Below, piece by piece: positions 9,698 to 20,734 of a stretch of DNA of 64,000 nucleotides (position 1 is the first letter of the stretch; each line of letters starts with the position of its first letter). The notes beneath the pieces were generated by a model. The model did not search any database. It was not told the origin of the DNA and saw only the letters and a program-made list of their open reading frames with translations. Origin of the DNA: an uncultured Collinsella sp. (GTDB taxonomy: Bacteria > Actinomycetota > Coriobacteriia > Coriobacteriales > Coriobacteriaceae); assembly GCA_900551555.1 (NCBI GenBank), contig URWC01000001.1, positions 1,210-65,209 of the forward strand, given 5' to 3'. The position numbers and the translations under genes were made by a program.

Positions 9698-10488
9698 TAG
9701 AAGACCACCACCTTGGAAGCATCGAACACGGGGCCGCACATGCAGGCGCCCTTCATACCGTCGACCGTCTCGACATTGCAGGTGTTGCAGGCGCCAAAGC
9801 CGCAGCTCATCATGCGCTCGAGCGACACCTCGCAGTACGCGCCGGCCTCGGCGGCAGCGGCGGCGACCTTCTTCATCATGACGGCGGGGCCGCAGCTGGC
9901 CACATAGTCGTAGCCGCCCTCGCCGAGCAGCTCGGCTGCCGGGTCGGTGCAAAAACCGTGCGTGCCGAGCGTGCCATCATCGGTGCACACGTTAACCGTA
10001 TCGCACAGCGCGCGGAACTCATCGACGCCCACGGCCTTGGACGCGGTGCCAAAGCCCAGGCACACGTCGACGGCTACACCCTGCTCGGCAAGCTTGTCGG
10101 CAAGGCACAGCACGGGCGGAACACCGATGCCACCGGCGACGAGCAGGGCCTTCCTGGTGCCCTCGGGTACCATCCAGCCACGGCCACCGGGGCCCAGCAG
10201 GTTAGAGGTGGAGCCAGGGCCCATCTGGGACAAACGACGGGTATCGTCGCCCACGACGGCGTACCACAGCTCGACGGTGCCAGCCTCGGCGTCGGCGCGG
10301 TAGTAGCTCAGGGGCACGCGAAGCAGCGAGGACGCATCGCCGGGTACGGCGATGTTCACAAACTGACCGGGCTTGAGCGCACTTGCAAGCTTGGGGGCCG
10401 AGATGACGAGCGAGAAGATGCCGTCGGCAATCTCCCGGTTCGAGACGACCTCGAAGTCGAGCATGCGTGCAGTGGAAGGTGTGGGCAT
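9697..10488 (-). CDS. pyrK: Dihydroorotate dehydrogenase electron transfer subunit
   Basis: PGQFV, LR.P.S, VAGGIG, SCGP, [2Fe-2S] motif M.CGFGAC..C...C..GPVF. Confidence 0.93.
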   Translation of the reverse strand: MPTPSTARMLDFEVVSNREIADGIFSLVISAPKLASALKPGQFVNIAVPGDASSLLRVPLSYYRADAEAGTVELWYAVVGDDTRRLSQMGPGSTSNLLGPGGRGWMVPEGTRKALLVAGGIGVPPVLCLADKLAEQGVAVDVCLGFGTASKAVGVDEFRALCDTVNVCTDDGTLGTHGFCTDPAAELLGEGGYDYVASCGPAVMMKKVAAAAAEAGAYCEVSLERMMSCGFGACNTCNVETVDGMKGACMCGPVFDASKVVVF

Positions 10489-10527
10489 AGACGCTCCAAT
10501 CCCCCATGCGGTTGCATGGTCCAAACG

Positions 10528-10560
10528 AACAGAAAGCGCGGCACCGCAAGGGCGCCGCGC
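10528..10560 (-). terminator. Terminator-like hairpin between pyrC and pyrK
   Basis: GCGCGGCGCC-CTTGC-GGTGCCGCGC followed by TTTCTGTT. Confidence 0.55.
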
Positions 10561-10580
10561 ACAAAAGCGATAAGGCTATG

Positions 10581-11853
10581 CTAGCAGATGCAGCCGTCGG
10601 CAAGCGTCTGCTTACCGCCGACAAACACATCGGTGGCACGACCGGTGAGCGTGCGGCCGGCAAAACCGGAGTTCTCGGCGCGCGACTCGTAACCGTCCTC
10701 GCCAACCGTCCAGGTGGCGGAGGGGTCGAACACGGTCAGGTCGGCAACGGATCCCGCCTTGACCTGAACCTGGTCGAGGCCCAGGATCTCACGCGGCTTG
10801 ATGGCCATGAGCTCGACCATACGGCCCATGCTCATCTTGCCCGTGTTGACCAGCTCGGTGAGCACGAGCGACAGCGAGGTCTCGAGACCGATCATGCCAA
10901 AGGGCGCAAGCTCGAACTCGCGGGCCTTCTCCCACGGGGTGTGGGGAGCGTGATCGGTGACGATAACGTCGACGGTGCCGTCGATGACGCCCTGACGGAT
11001 GGCCTCGGCGTCCTCGTCGGTGCGCAGCGGCGGATTGACCTTGAGCGAGGTGTTGTAGGTCTCGTCCAGGTCGTTCTCGGTCAGGAACATGTGATGCGGG
11101 GTGGCCTCGCAGGTAACCTGAACGCCAGCGGCCTTACCGGCACGCACGATCTCCAGGCCATGGGCGGTGGAGATGTGCTGGATGTGCAGCTTGGCACCGG
11201 TCAGCTTGGCGATCTCGATGTCGCGGGCGATCTGGAGCTCCTCGCCGGCAGCCGGCCAGCCCTCGAGAGCCAGACGGGTCGAGACCTTGCCCTCGTTGAT
11301 CTGGCCATGGCCGACCAGGTCCTCGTCCTGGCAGTGGCTCATAAAGACCTTGCCGAACATCTTGCCGTAGTCCATGCAGCGACGGAGCATACCCGCGCCC
11401 TGCACGCCGCGACCGTCGTCGGTGAAGGCGACGGCGCCGTGGGCGACCATATCGCCCATCTCGGACATGGCCTCGCCCTTAAGACCGCGGGTCATGGCGC
11501 CCGACGGATAGACGCGGCAGTGACCGACCTCGGCAGCACGGGACTTGACGAACTCCACGACGGTGCCGTTATCGGTGACGGGATCGGTGTTGGGCATGGA
11601 GCACACGCCGGTAAAGCCGCCCTTGGCAGCCGCGCGGGTGCCGCTCTCGATGTCCTCTTTGACCTCGTAGCCGGGCTCGCGAAGGTGAACGTGCATATCC
11701 ACCAGGCCGGGGACGAGGTACTTGCCGGAAAGGTCGCGGACCTCGGCTCCCTCGACGGCGAGATTCTCGCCGACCTCGGCGATCTTGTCGCCGTCAATCA
11801 GGACGTCAACGACACCGTCAAGCTCGACGGACGGGTCGACGACGTGGGCATTC

Positions 11854-11870
<17 letters not shown>
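10581..11870 (-). CDS. pyrC: Dihydroorotase
   Basis: PGLVDMHVHLREPG, MPNT.P, KVNPPLR, TDHAPH; start at MALLLKN after GGAGG. Confidence 0.96.
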
Positions 11871-13399
<1,529 letters not shown>

Positions 13400-13426
13400 T
13401 CACATGTCTTGACTGCTGACACAGTC

Positions 13427-13535
13427 AAAAAAATAGATGCCCGACCGCTCAAAGCGGACCAGACACCCACAGGAAGTACTGCTCATTGACAGCTATGTAA
13501 TTCCATGTGGGTATCTCGTACCCCTTTAATGGTCA
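13427..13535 (-). promoter_or_regulatory. pyr operon leader attenuator (anti-antiterminator / antiterminator / terminator)
   Basis: Three overlapping, mutually exclusive stems and a U7 tract (detailed in findings). Confidence 0.75.
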
Positions 13536-13541
13536 AGGGAT

Positions 13542-13570
13542 AGTGTAGCCAACCTCGAGCTTAATTGCGA
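13542..13570 (-). promoter_or_regulatory. Candidate sigma-A promoter of the pyr operon
   Basis: TCGCAA-N17-TACACT directly upstream of the leader. Confidence 0.5.
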
Positions 13571-13640
13571 GCATTAATACAGAGCAATCCGTAAACGGAG
13601 CCCAATGCTCAATAAACCTATATATATTTGTGGGACGAGC

Positions 13641-13669
13641 TTGAAAACGCACGCACGAGCTGGCATAAT
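13641..13669 (+). promoter_or_regulatory. Candidate sigma-A promoter upstream of rpmB
   Basis: TTGAAA-N17-CATAAT with an extended -10 TG. Confidence 0.55.
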
Positions 13670-13838
13670 CCCCTCTGCTGCACGCAAATCGGATCTACGT
13701 CCAGGGCCGTGGCGTGAGCACTATCGCCAAAAGAGGAATATCTCTGTGTAGATTACGCACAGGGAGCTGCTTCTGTGCTATAGTTCAGGCTTGTTTGTTA
13801 ACGCGACATGTTCGTTTGTCGCCCAAGGAGGGTCAGTT

Positions 13839-14027
13839 ATGTCCAAAGTTTGCGAAGTTTGCGGTAAGCACCCCGTTGCCGGTCGCTCCATCAGCCACTC
13901 TCACCGCGTCACCAACCGTAAGTTCCGCCCCAACATCCAGCGCGTCTACGTCGTCGTCGATGGTCACCGTCGCAAGATGAACGTTTGCTCCACCTGCCTC
14001 AAGTCCGGCAAGGTTGCGCGCTCCTAA
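13839..14027 (+). CDS. rpmB: 50S ribosomal protein L28 (zinc-binding form)
   Basis: MSKVCEVCGK...SHSH..T.RKF.PN.Q...VCSTCLKSGK; AAGGAGG SD. Confidence 0.97.
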   Translation: MSKVCEVCGKHPVAGRSISHSHRVTNRKFRPNIQRVYVVVDGHRRKMNVCSTCLKSGKVARS

Positions 14028-14095
14028 ATAAGGTCTTACCAACAAGTACCTCGGACTCTCCGGGTCAAAGACCTCGCGTTCATATAGAACTTACC

Positions 14096-14128
14096 AAAGG
14101 CGTCCTCCCCTACGGAGGGCGCCTTTTT
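14096..14128 (+). terminator. Intrinsic terminator after rpmB
   Basis: AAAGGCGTCCTCC/GGAGGGCGCCTTT stem with a T-run. Confidence 0.85.
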
Positions 14129-14131
14129 GCA

Positions 14132-14182
14132 CTCATTGGGGACAGACTTACATGAGTGCTTTCACGCATTGGGGACAGACAT
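14132..14182 (+). repeat. Left inverted repeat, with two CATTGGGGACAGAC copies 33 bp apart
   Basis: CTCATTGGGGACAGACTTACATGAGTGCTTTCACGCATTGGGGACAGACAT; reverse complement of 15128-15178 with 3 mismatches. Confidence 0.92.
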
Positions 14183-14223
14183 GAAGCACGCATACGACGC
14201 ACTGACTGGCTCCGGCCCCTGCC

Positions 14224-15000
14224 TCACGCAGCATCCTTCCAGCCTGCAGTTGCCTTGGTCACGCTTGTAGCGCCGATGCCGGTGATACGGGCAATTTGCT
14301 TAACCGTGAGATGCGCCCGCCTAAGCCTCAGCAGACACGCATCGCGTTCGGGGCGTGGCAGGGCTTTGAGCAGTGCAGGATCTATGCTCGGCAGAACTTC
14401 GCGCGCAACGGAAAGGGCCTCCTCATCGGGGATCCGCCGGCGTGGAAGAACCTCAACTGACCAGATGCGCCCGGCAACTTCCTTGAGATGCTCGCAATAG
14501 CAACGGGAGCCTCCGACAATGTCGAGCATAGGGGCCGCATCACAGATGTCAAAGGGATCGTAGCCCAGCTGGTATGCCCTAAAGCTTGACCAGCGGTATG
14601 CTTCGAGCGAGTCGAGCGCACCTTTCACAGGATTGAGATGGATATAATCGAGTAGCTGCACCGCCTGTGTGTCTGACTCAACCGCAACACGCGAATAGCG
14701 ATTGTCAAACAGATGGCCCGTTCTTCCCGTTTTCCCATTGTAATACTTAGCATACGCCGTCAGTGCGCACTGCATTGCCTTTGAAAGGTTGTCATATGGG
14801 TCATCAACCATCAAATGGAAGTGGTTGTCCATAAGGCACCAAGCCAACACTGCCACTTTATGGCGTGCAAACCTGTCCGAGATGTCCGATAAGAAACGAT
14901 ATCGGTCAGAGTCATCTTCAAAAATAATCTGTTTGGAGTTGCCACGGTCAAAGACGTGGTAATAGCCGGTGAGCGAAACGGCGCGGGCGCATCGGGGCAT
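14224..15000 (-). CDS. HUH (Y1) tyrosine transposase, RAYT-like, with a C-terminal HTH
   Basis: MPR..R, YYHV..RGN.KQ.IF, AWCLMDNHFHL (HUH), TGHLF..RY, YIHLNPVK (catalytic Tyr), YRWSS..AY, C-terminal LTVKQIARITGIG; GAAAGGAGA SD. Confidence 0.92.
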   Translation of the reverse strand: MPRCARAVSLTGYYHVFDRGNSKQIIFEDDSDRYRFLSDISDRFARHKVAVLAWCLMDNHFHLMVDDPYDNLSKAMQCALTAYAKYYNGKTGRTGHLFDNRYSRVAVESDTQAVQLLDYIHLNPVKGALDSLEAYRWSSFRAYQLGYDPFDICDAAPMLDIVGGSRCYCEHLKEVAGRIWSVEVLPRRRIPDEEALSVAREVLPSIDPALLKALPRPERDACLLRLRRAHLTVKQIARITGIGATSVTKATAGWKDAA

Positions 15001-15127
15001 AATCTCTCCTTTCAAACTGAACAGGCAACACCTAAAAGGAGAGAAGGAACGCGAAATGCTGAGCCTGTGACCTATTTATATCCAATGAGCGGCAAAAACA
15101 GGTCCAGAACGGCAAAATGGCAAAACG

Positions 15128-15178
15128 ATGTCTGTCCCAAATGAGTGAAAGCACTCATGTAAGCCTGTCCCCAATGAG
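15128..15178 (-). repeat. Right inverted repeat
   Basis: ATGTCTGTCCCAAATGAGTGAAAGCACTCATGTAAGCCTGTCCCCAATGAG. Confidence 0.92.
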
Positions 15179-15331
15179 CGGGGCGATGCATTGGGCAGAT
15201 AGATTTAGTTGAATCGTTTCATTTGGTTGAAGCGTTTTAGTGTGCCTTTTAGAGGAATCTGACCGTTCACCGAATTATTTCTTGCTATCATGCATCTTGT
15301 AGGGTAAATCTCCGATCGCAAGGAGACACAA

Positions 15332-17980
15332 ATGGTGAAAAAGTCACCGGAAAACACTACTCCCGCAATTGTGGACAACGTAGAGGCGCTTGAGGCTAAG
15401 CTCGCTCAGATGCGAGAGGCCCAGGCGCTTTTTGCTACGTACACGCAGGAGCAGGTCGACAAGATCTTCTATGAGGCCGCCATGGCCGCCAACAAGGCTC
15501 GTATCCCGTTGGCGAAAATGGCCATCGAGGAGACCGGCCGCGGCGTTCTTGAGGACAAGGTCATCAAGAACCACTACGCCGCAGAGTACATCTACAACGC
15601 TTACAAGAACACCAAGACCTGTGGTGTCCTGGAGCGCGACGAGGCTTACGGCATCACCAAGATCGCCGAGCCCATCGGCATCGTGGGCGCCGTCATCCCG
15701 ACGACCAACCCCACCTCCACCGCAATCTTCAAGACGCTGATCAGCCTGAAGACCCGCAACGCCATCATCATCTCCCCGCACCCGGCTGCCGCCAAGTGCA
15801 CCATCGCCGCCGCCAAGCTCGTGCTTGACGCCGCCGTCAAGGCTGGTGCCCCCGAGGGCATCATCGGCTGGGTCGATGTCCCCTCCATCGAGCTGACCAA
15901 CATGGTCATGCGCGACGTCGACATCATCCTCGCCACCGGTGGCCCGGGCATGGTCAAGGCCGCTTACTCCTCGGGCAAGCCCGCCCTGGGCGTTGGCGCC
16001 GGTAACACCCCGGTCGTCATCGACGACACCGCCGACGTGCTGCTCGCCGTCAACTCCATCATCCACTCCAAGACCTTCGACAACGGCATGATCTGCGCTT
16101 CCGAGCAGTCCGTGACTGTCATCGACAGCATCTATGACCAGGTTAAGGCCGAGTTCCAGAAGCGCGGCTGCTACTTCGTCAAGCAGGGTGCCGAGATGGA
16201 GGCCCTGCGTGCCGCCATGTTCAAGAACGGCGCTCTCGATCACCGCATCCCCGGCATGGCCGCTGCCAAGATCGCCGAGCTCGCCGGCATCGAGGTTCCC
16301 GCCAAGACCAAGATCCTGATCGCCGAGGTCACCTCAACCGACCCCGCCAAGGAGGAGTTCTCCCACGAGAAGCTCTCCCCGGTCCTGGCCATGTACCACG
16401 CCAAGGACTTCCAGGAGGCCGTCGACAAGGCCGAGCACCTGGTGCTCGCCGGTGGCCCGGGCCACACCGCCTCTCTGTACGTGCACCCCGCCCAGGCCGA
16501 GAAGATCAGCCTGTTCGAGCACGTCATGAAGGCCTGCCGTATCGTCATCAACACCCCGTCCTCGCACGGCGGCATCGGTGACCTGTACAACTTTGGCATG
16601 AAGCCGTCTCTGACCCTGGGCTGCGGCTCCTGGGGCGGCAACTCCGTCTCCGAGAACGTTGGGGTGAAGCACTTGATCAACGTTAAGACTGTGGCCGAGC
16701 GCCGTGAGAACATGCTGTGGTTCCGCGCTCCCGAGAAGGTCTACTTCAAGAAGGGTTCCACGCCCGTCGCCCTCGACGAGCTGGGCAACGTCATGGGCAA
16801 GAAGCGCGCCTTCATCGTTACCGACCAGTTCCTCTTCAAGAATGGCAACACCCGCGCCATCGAGGCCAAGCTCGACGAGATGGGCATCGCCCACGACTGC
16901 TTCTACGACGTCGAGCCCGATCCGTCGCTGCAGTGCGCACGTCGCGGCGCCAAGCAGATGGCTCTCTTTGAGCCGGACGTCATCATCGCCGTCGGCGGTG
17001 GCTCCGCTATGGACGCCGGCAAGATCATGTGGATGATGTACGAGCACCCCGAGTGCAAGTTTGAGGACATGGCCATGGACTTCATGGACATCCGCAAGCG
17101 TATCTTCACCTTCCCCGAGATGGGCAAGAAGGCCTACTTCGTCGCCGTCCCGACCTCCTCGGGTACCGGCTCCGAGTGCACGCCGTTCGCCATCATCACC
17201 GACAAGGAGACCGGCATCAAGTGGCCGCTCGCCGACTACGCGCTGCTCCCCAACATGGCTATCGTCGACGCCGACAACTGCATGACCGCCCCGCGCGGCC
17301 TGACCGCTGCCTCCGGCATCGACGTCATGACCCACGCCATCGAGTCCTACGTCTCCATCATGGCTTCCGACTACACCAAGGGCCTCTCCGAGCGCGCTGC
17401 CAAGCTCGTCTTTGAGAACCTGCCCTCCAGCTTCACGAACGGCGCCAAGGACCCGCACGCCCGCGAGGAGATGCACAACGCCTCCTGCATGGCCGGTATG
17501 GCCTTCGCCAACGCCTTCCTGGGCCTCAACCACTCCATGGCTCACAAGCTCGGCGCTTTCCATCACCTGCCCCACGGCATCGCTAACGCCGTCATCCTGA
17601 CCCGCGTCATGCGCTACAACGCCGCCGAGGCTCCCGTCAAGATGGGTACCTTCTCCCAGTATCCTTACCCCAACGCGCTGCACAACTACGCCGAGATGGC
17701 CAAGTACTGCGGCATCGAGGGCAAGGACGACAAGGAGGTCTTCGAGAACTTCATCACGAAGCTCGAGGAGCTCAAGGACTTCATCGGTGTCAAGAAGACC
17801 ATCGCCGACTACGGTGTTGACGAGCAGTACTTCCTCGACACCCTCGACGAGATGACCGAGCAGGCATTCAACGACCAGTGCACCGGCGCTAACCCGCGCT
17901 ACCCGCTCATGAGCGAGATCAAGGAGCTCTACCTGGACGCCTACTACGGCCGCGAGCCCCAGGACTACGCCGTCTGCTAG
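15332..17980 (+). CDS. adhE: Bifunctional acetaldehyde-CoA/alcohol dehydrogenase
   Basis: ALDH domain (PTTNPTST, ATGGPGMVKAAY, FDNGMICASEQ, LTLGCGSWGGNS), linker AERRENM.WF, Fe-ADH domain (GGGS.MD..K, HSMAHKLG..HG); AAGGAG SD. Confidence 0.98.
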   Translation: MVKKSPENTTPAIVDNVEALEAKLAQMREAQALFATYTQEQVDKIFYEAAMAANKARIPLAKMAIEETGRGVLEDKVIKNHYAAEYIYNAYKNTKTCGVLERDEAYGITKIAEPIGIVGAVIPTTNPTSTAIFKTLISLKTRNAIIISPHPAAAKCTIAAAKLVLDAAVKAGAPEGIIGWVDVPSIELTNMVMRDVDIILATGGPGMVKAAYSSGKPALGVGAGNTPVVIDDTADVLLAVNSIIHSKTFDNGMICASEQSVTVIDSIYDQVKAEFQKRGCYFVKQGAEMEALRAAMFKNGALDHRIPGMAAAKIAELAGIEVPAKTKILIAEVTSTDPAKEEFSHEKLSPVLAMYHAKDFQEAVDKAEHLVLAGGPGHTASLYVHPAQAEKISLFEHVMKACRIVINTPSSHGGIGDLYNFGMKPSLTLGCGSWGGNSVSENVGVKHLINVKTVAERRENMLWFRAPEKVYFKKGSTPVALDELGNVMGKKRAFIVTDQFLFKNGNTRAIEAKLDEMGIAHDCFYDVEPDPSLQCARRGAKQMALFEPDVIIAVGGGSAMDAGKIMWMMYEHPECKFEDMAMDFMDIRKRIFTFPEMGKKAYFVAVPTSSGTGSECTPFAIITDKETGIKWPLADYALLPNMAIVDADNCMTAPRGLTAASGIDVMTHAIESYVSIMASDYTKGLSERAAKLVFENLPSSFTNGAKDPHAREEMHNASCMAGMAFANAFLGLNHSMAHKLGAFHHLPHGIANAVILTRVMRYNAAEAPVKMGTFSQYPYPNALHNYAEMAKYCGIEGKDDKEVFENFITKLEELKDFIGVKKTIADYGVDEQYFLDTLDEMTEQAFNDQCTGANPRYPLMSEIKELYLDAYYGREPQDYAVC

Positions 17981-18069
17981 TTTTTAGCACGGTTTTTTGC
18001 GGCGGGGGTGCACGGGTGTTTCACACACCCCCGCCGTCGCTTCTATCGCATCGTTGAAAGGATGCAACC

Positions 18070-18834
18070 ATGCTGCTACCCGATTCCAAGACCGAGCTCG
18101 TCCGCCGTGGCAACAAGGTCGTTTACGACCTGGGCGACAAGATCGTCAAGGTCTTTAACGAGACCAAGCCTGTCTCCGACGTGTTCAACGAGGCTTTGAA
18201 TCTTGCCCGCATCAATGAGTGCGGCATCCGCAGCCCCAAGGCTCTCGAGGTTTCCCAGCTCGAGAACGCCAACGGCTGGGCGCTCGTGACCGAGAAGGTT
18301 CCGGGCACCACCCTTGCCGAGAAGATGACTGCCGAGCCCCAGCGCTTTGGTGAGTACCTCGAGATGTTCGTCGACCTCCAGATCGAGATCCACGGCTACA
18401 CCTCCCCGCTGCTCAACCGTCAGCGCGACAAGTTCGCCCGCATGATCGACAGCCTTGATCAGCTCAATGCCACCACGCGCTACAACCTTCAGGAGCGTCT
18501 GGACGGCATGACCAAGGAGTTCAAGGTCTGCCACGGCGACTTCAACCCCTCCAACGTCATCGTCGGCGACGACGGCCAGCTCTATGTGTGCGACTGGGCA
18601 CACGCCACCCAGGGCTCCCCTGCTGCCGACGTTGCCACCACCTACCTGCTCTTTGCCCTCAACAGCAAGGACCAGGCCGAGGCCTACCTGGAGCTCTACT
18701 GCGACCGTGCCGACATGCCCATGCAGGTCGTGCGTCAGTGGACGAGCATCGTCGCCGCTTCCGAGCTCGCTCGTAAGCGCAACGTGAACGATGAGTTCCT
18801 GAAGAACTGGATCGACGTCGTCGATTATCAGTAA
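18070..18834 (+). CDS. APH/choline-kinase-family phosphotransferase
   Basis: IVKVF Lys, conserved Glu, Brenner motif CHGDFNPSN, metal-binding VCDW, G.PAADVA; GAAAGGA SD. Confidence 0.85.
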   Translation: MLLPDSKTELVRRGNKVVYDLGDKIVKVFNETKPVSDVFNEALNLARINECGIRSPKALEVSQLENANGWALVTEKVPGTTLAEKMTAEPQRFGEYLEMFVDLQIEIHGYTSPLLNRQRDKFARMIDSLDQLNATTRYNLQERLDGMTKEFKVCHGDFNPSNVIVGDDGQLYVCDWAHATQGSPAADVATTYLLFALNSKDQAEAYLELYCDRADMPMQVVRQWTSIVAASELARKRNVNDEFLKNWIDVVDYQ

Positions 18835-18869
18835 TATCTGAGCGATTTATTTCGCATCGGAGGCACAAT

Positions 18870-18911
18870 GGAAAACCCCGCAGCTCGCATGGGCTGTGGG
18901 GTTTTCCTTTT
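18870..18911 (+). terminator. Intrinsic terminator after the adhE-kinase unit
   Basis: GGAAAACCCCGCAGCTC/GGGCTGTGGGGTTTTCC stem followed by TTTT. Confidence 0.85.
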
Positions 18912-18938
18912 AGATATCGAGGATGCTACAAGATAATA

Positions 18939-18982
18939 GGACGGCCCCGCATCTCCCCGATTGGAGAAATGCGGGGCCGTCC
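18939..18982 (-). terminator. Hairpin downstream of proS
   Basis: GGACGGCCCCGCAT/ATGCGGGGCCGTCC inverted repeat, then TATTATCTT on the minus strand. Confidence 0.6.
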
Positions 18983-19012
18983 CACATATCGAACTACAAG
19001 CGAAATCGTCGA

Positions 19013-20734
<1,722 letters not shown>

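Larger units (their letters stand above)
14132..15178. mobile_element. Inverted-repeat-flanked HUH/Y1 tyrosine transposase element (RAYT/TIRYT-like)
   Basis: A single Y1 transposase gene bracketed by 51-bp inverted repeats (48/51 identical), inserted between the rpmB terminator and the adhE promoter region. Confidence 0.8.

Noticed and set aside
13661..13740. Purine-riboswitch look-alike (ATAAT...TCTAC...CCGT...ACTA with a possible P1)
   Set aside because: P2 and P3 do not pair convincingly, the AUAUGG loop is missing, and ATAAT is better explained as a -10 box.
14132..14182. 33-bp-period repeats as a CRISPR array
   Set aside because: Only two 14-bp units per end, the spacer is shared between both ends, and no cas genes are present.
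18070..18834. Aminoglycoside resistance gene
   Set aside because: Only the generic kinase fold is evident; codon usage is host-like and the gene is operonic with adhE, outside the transposase element.
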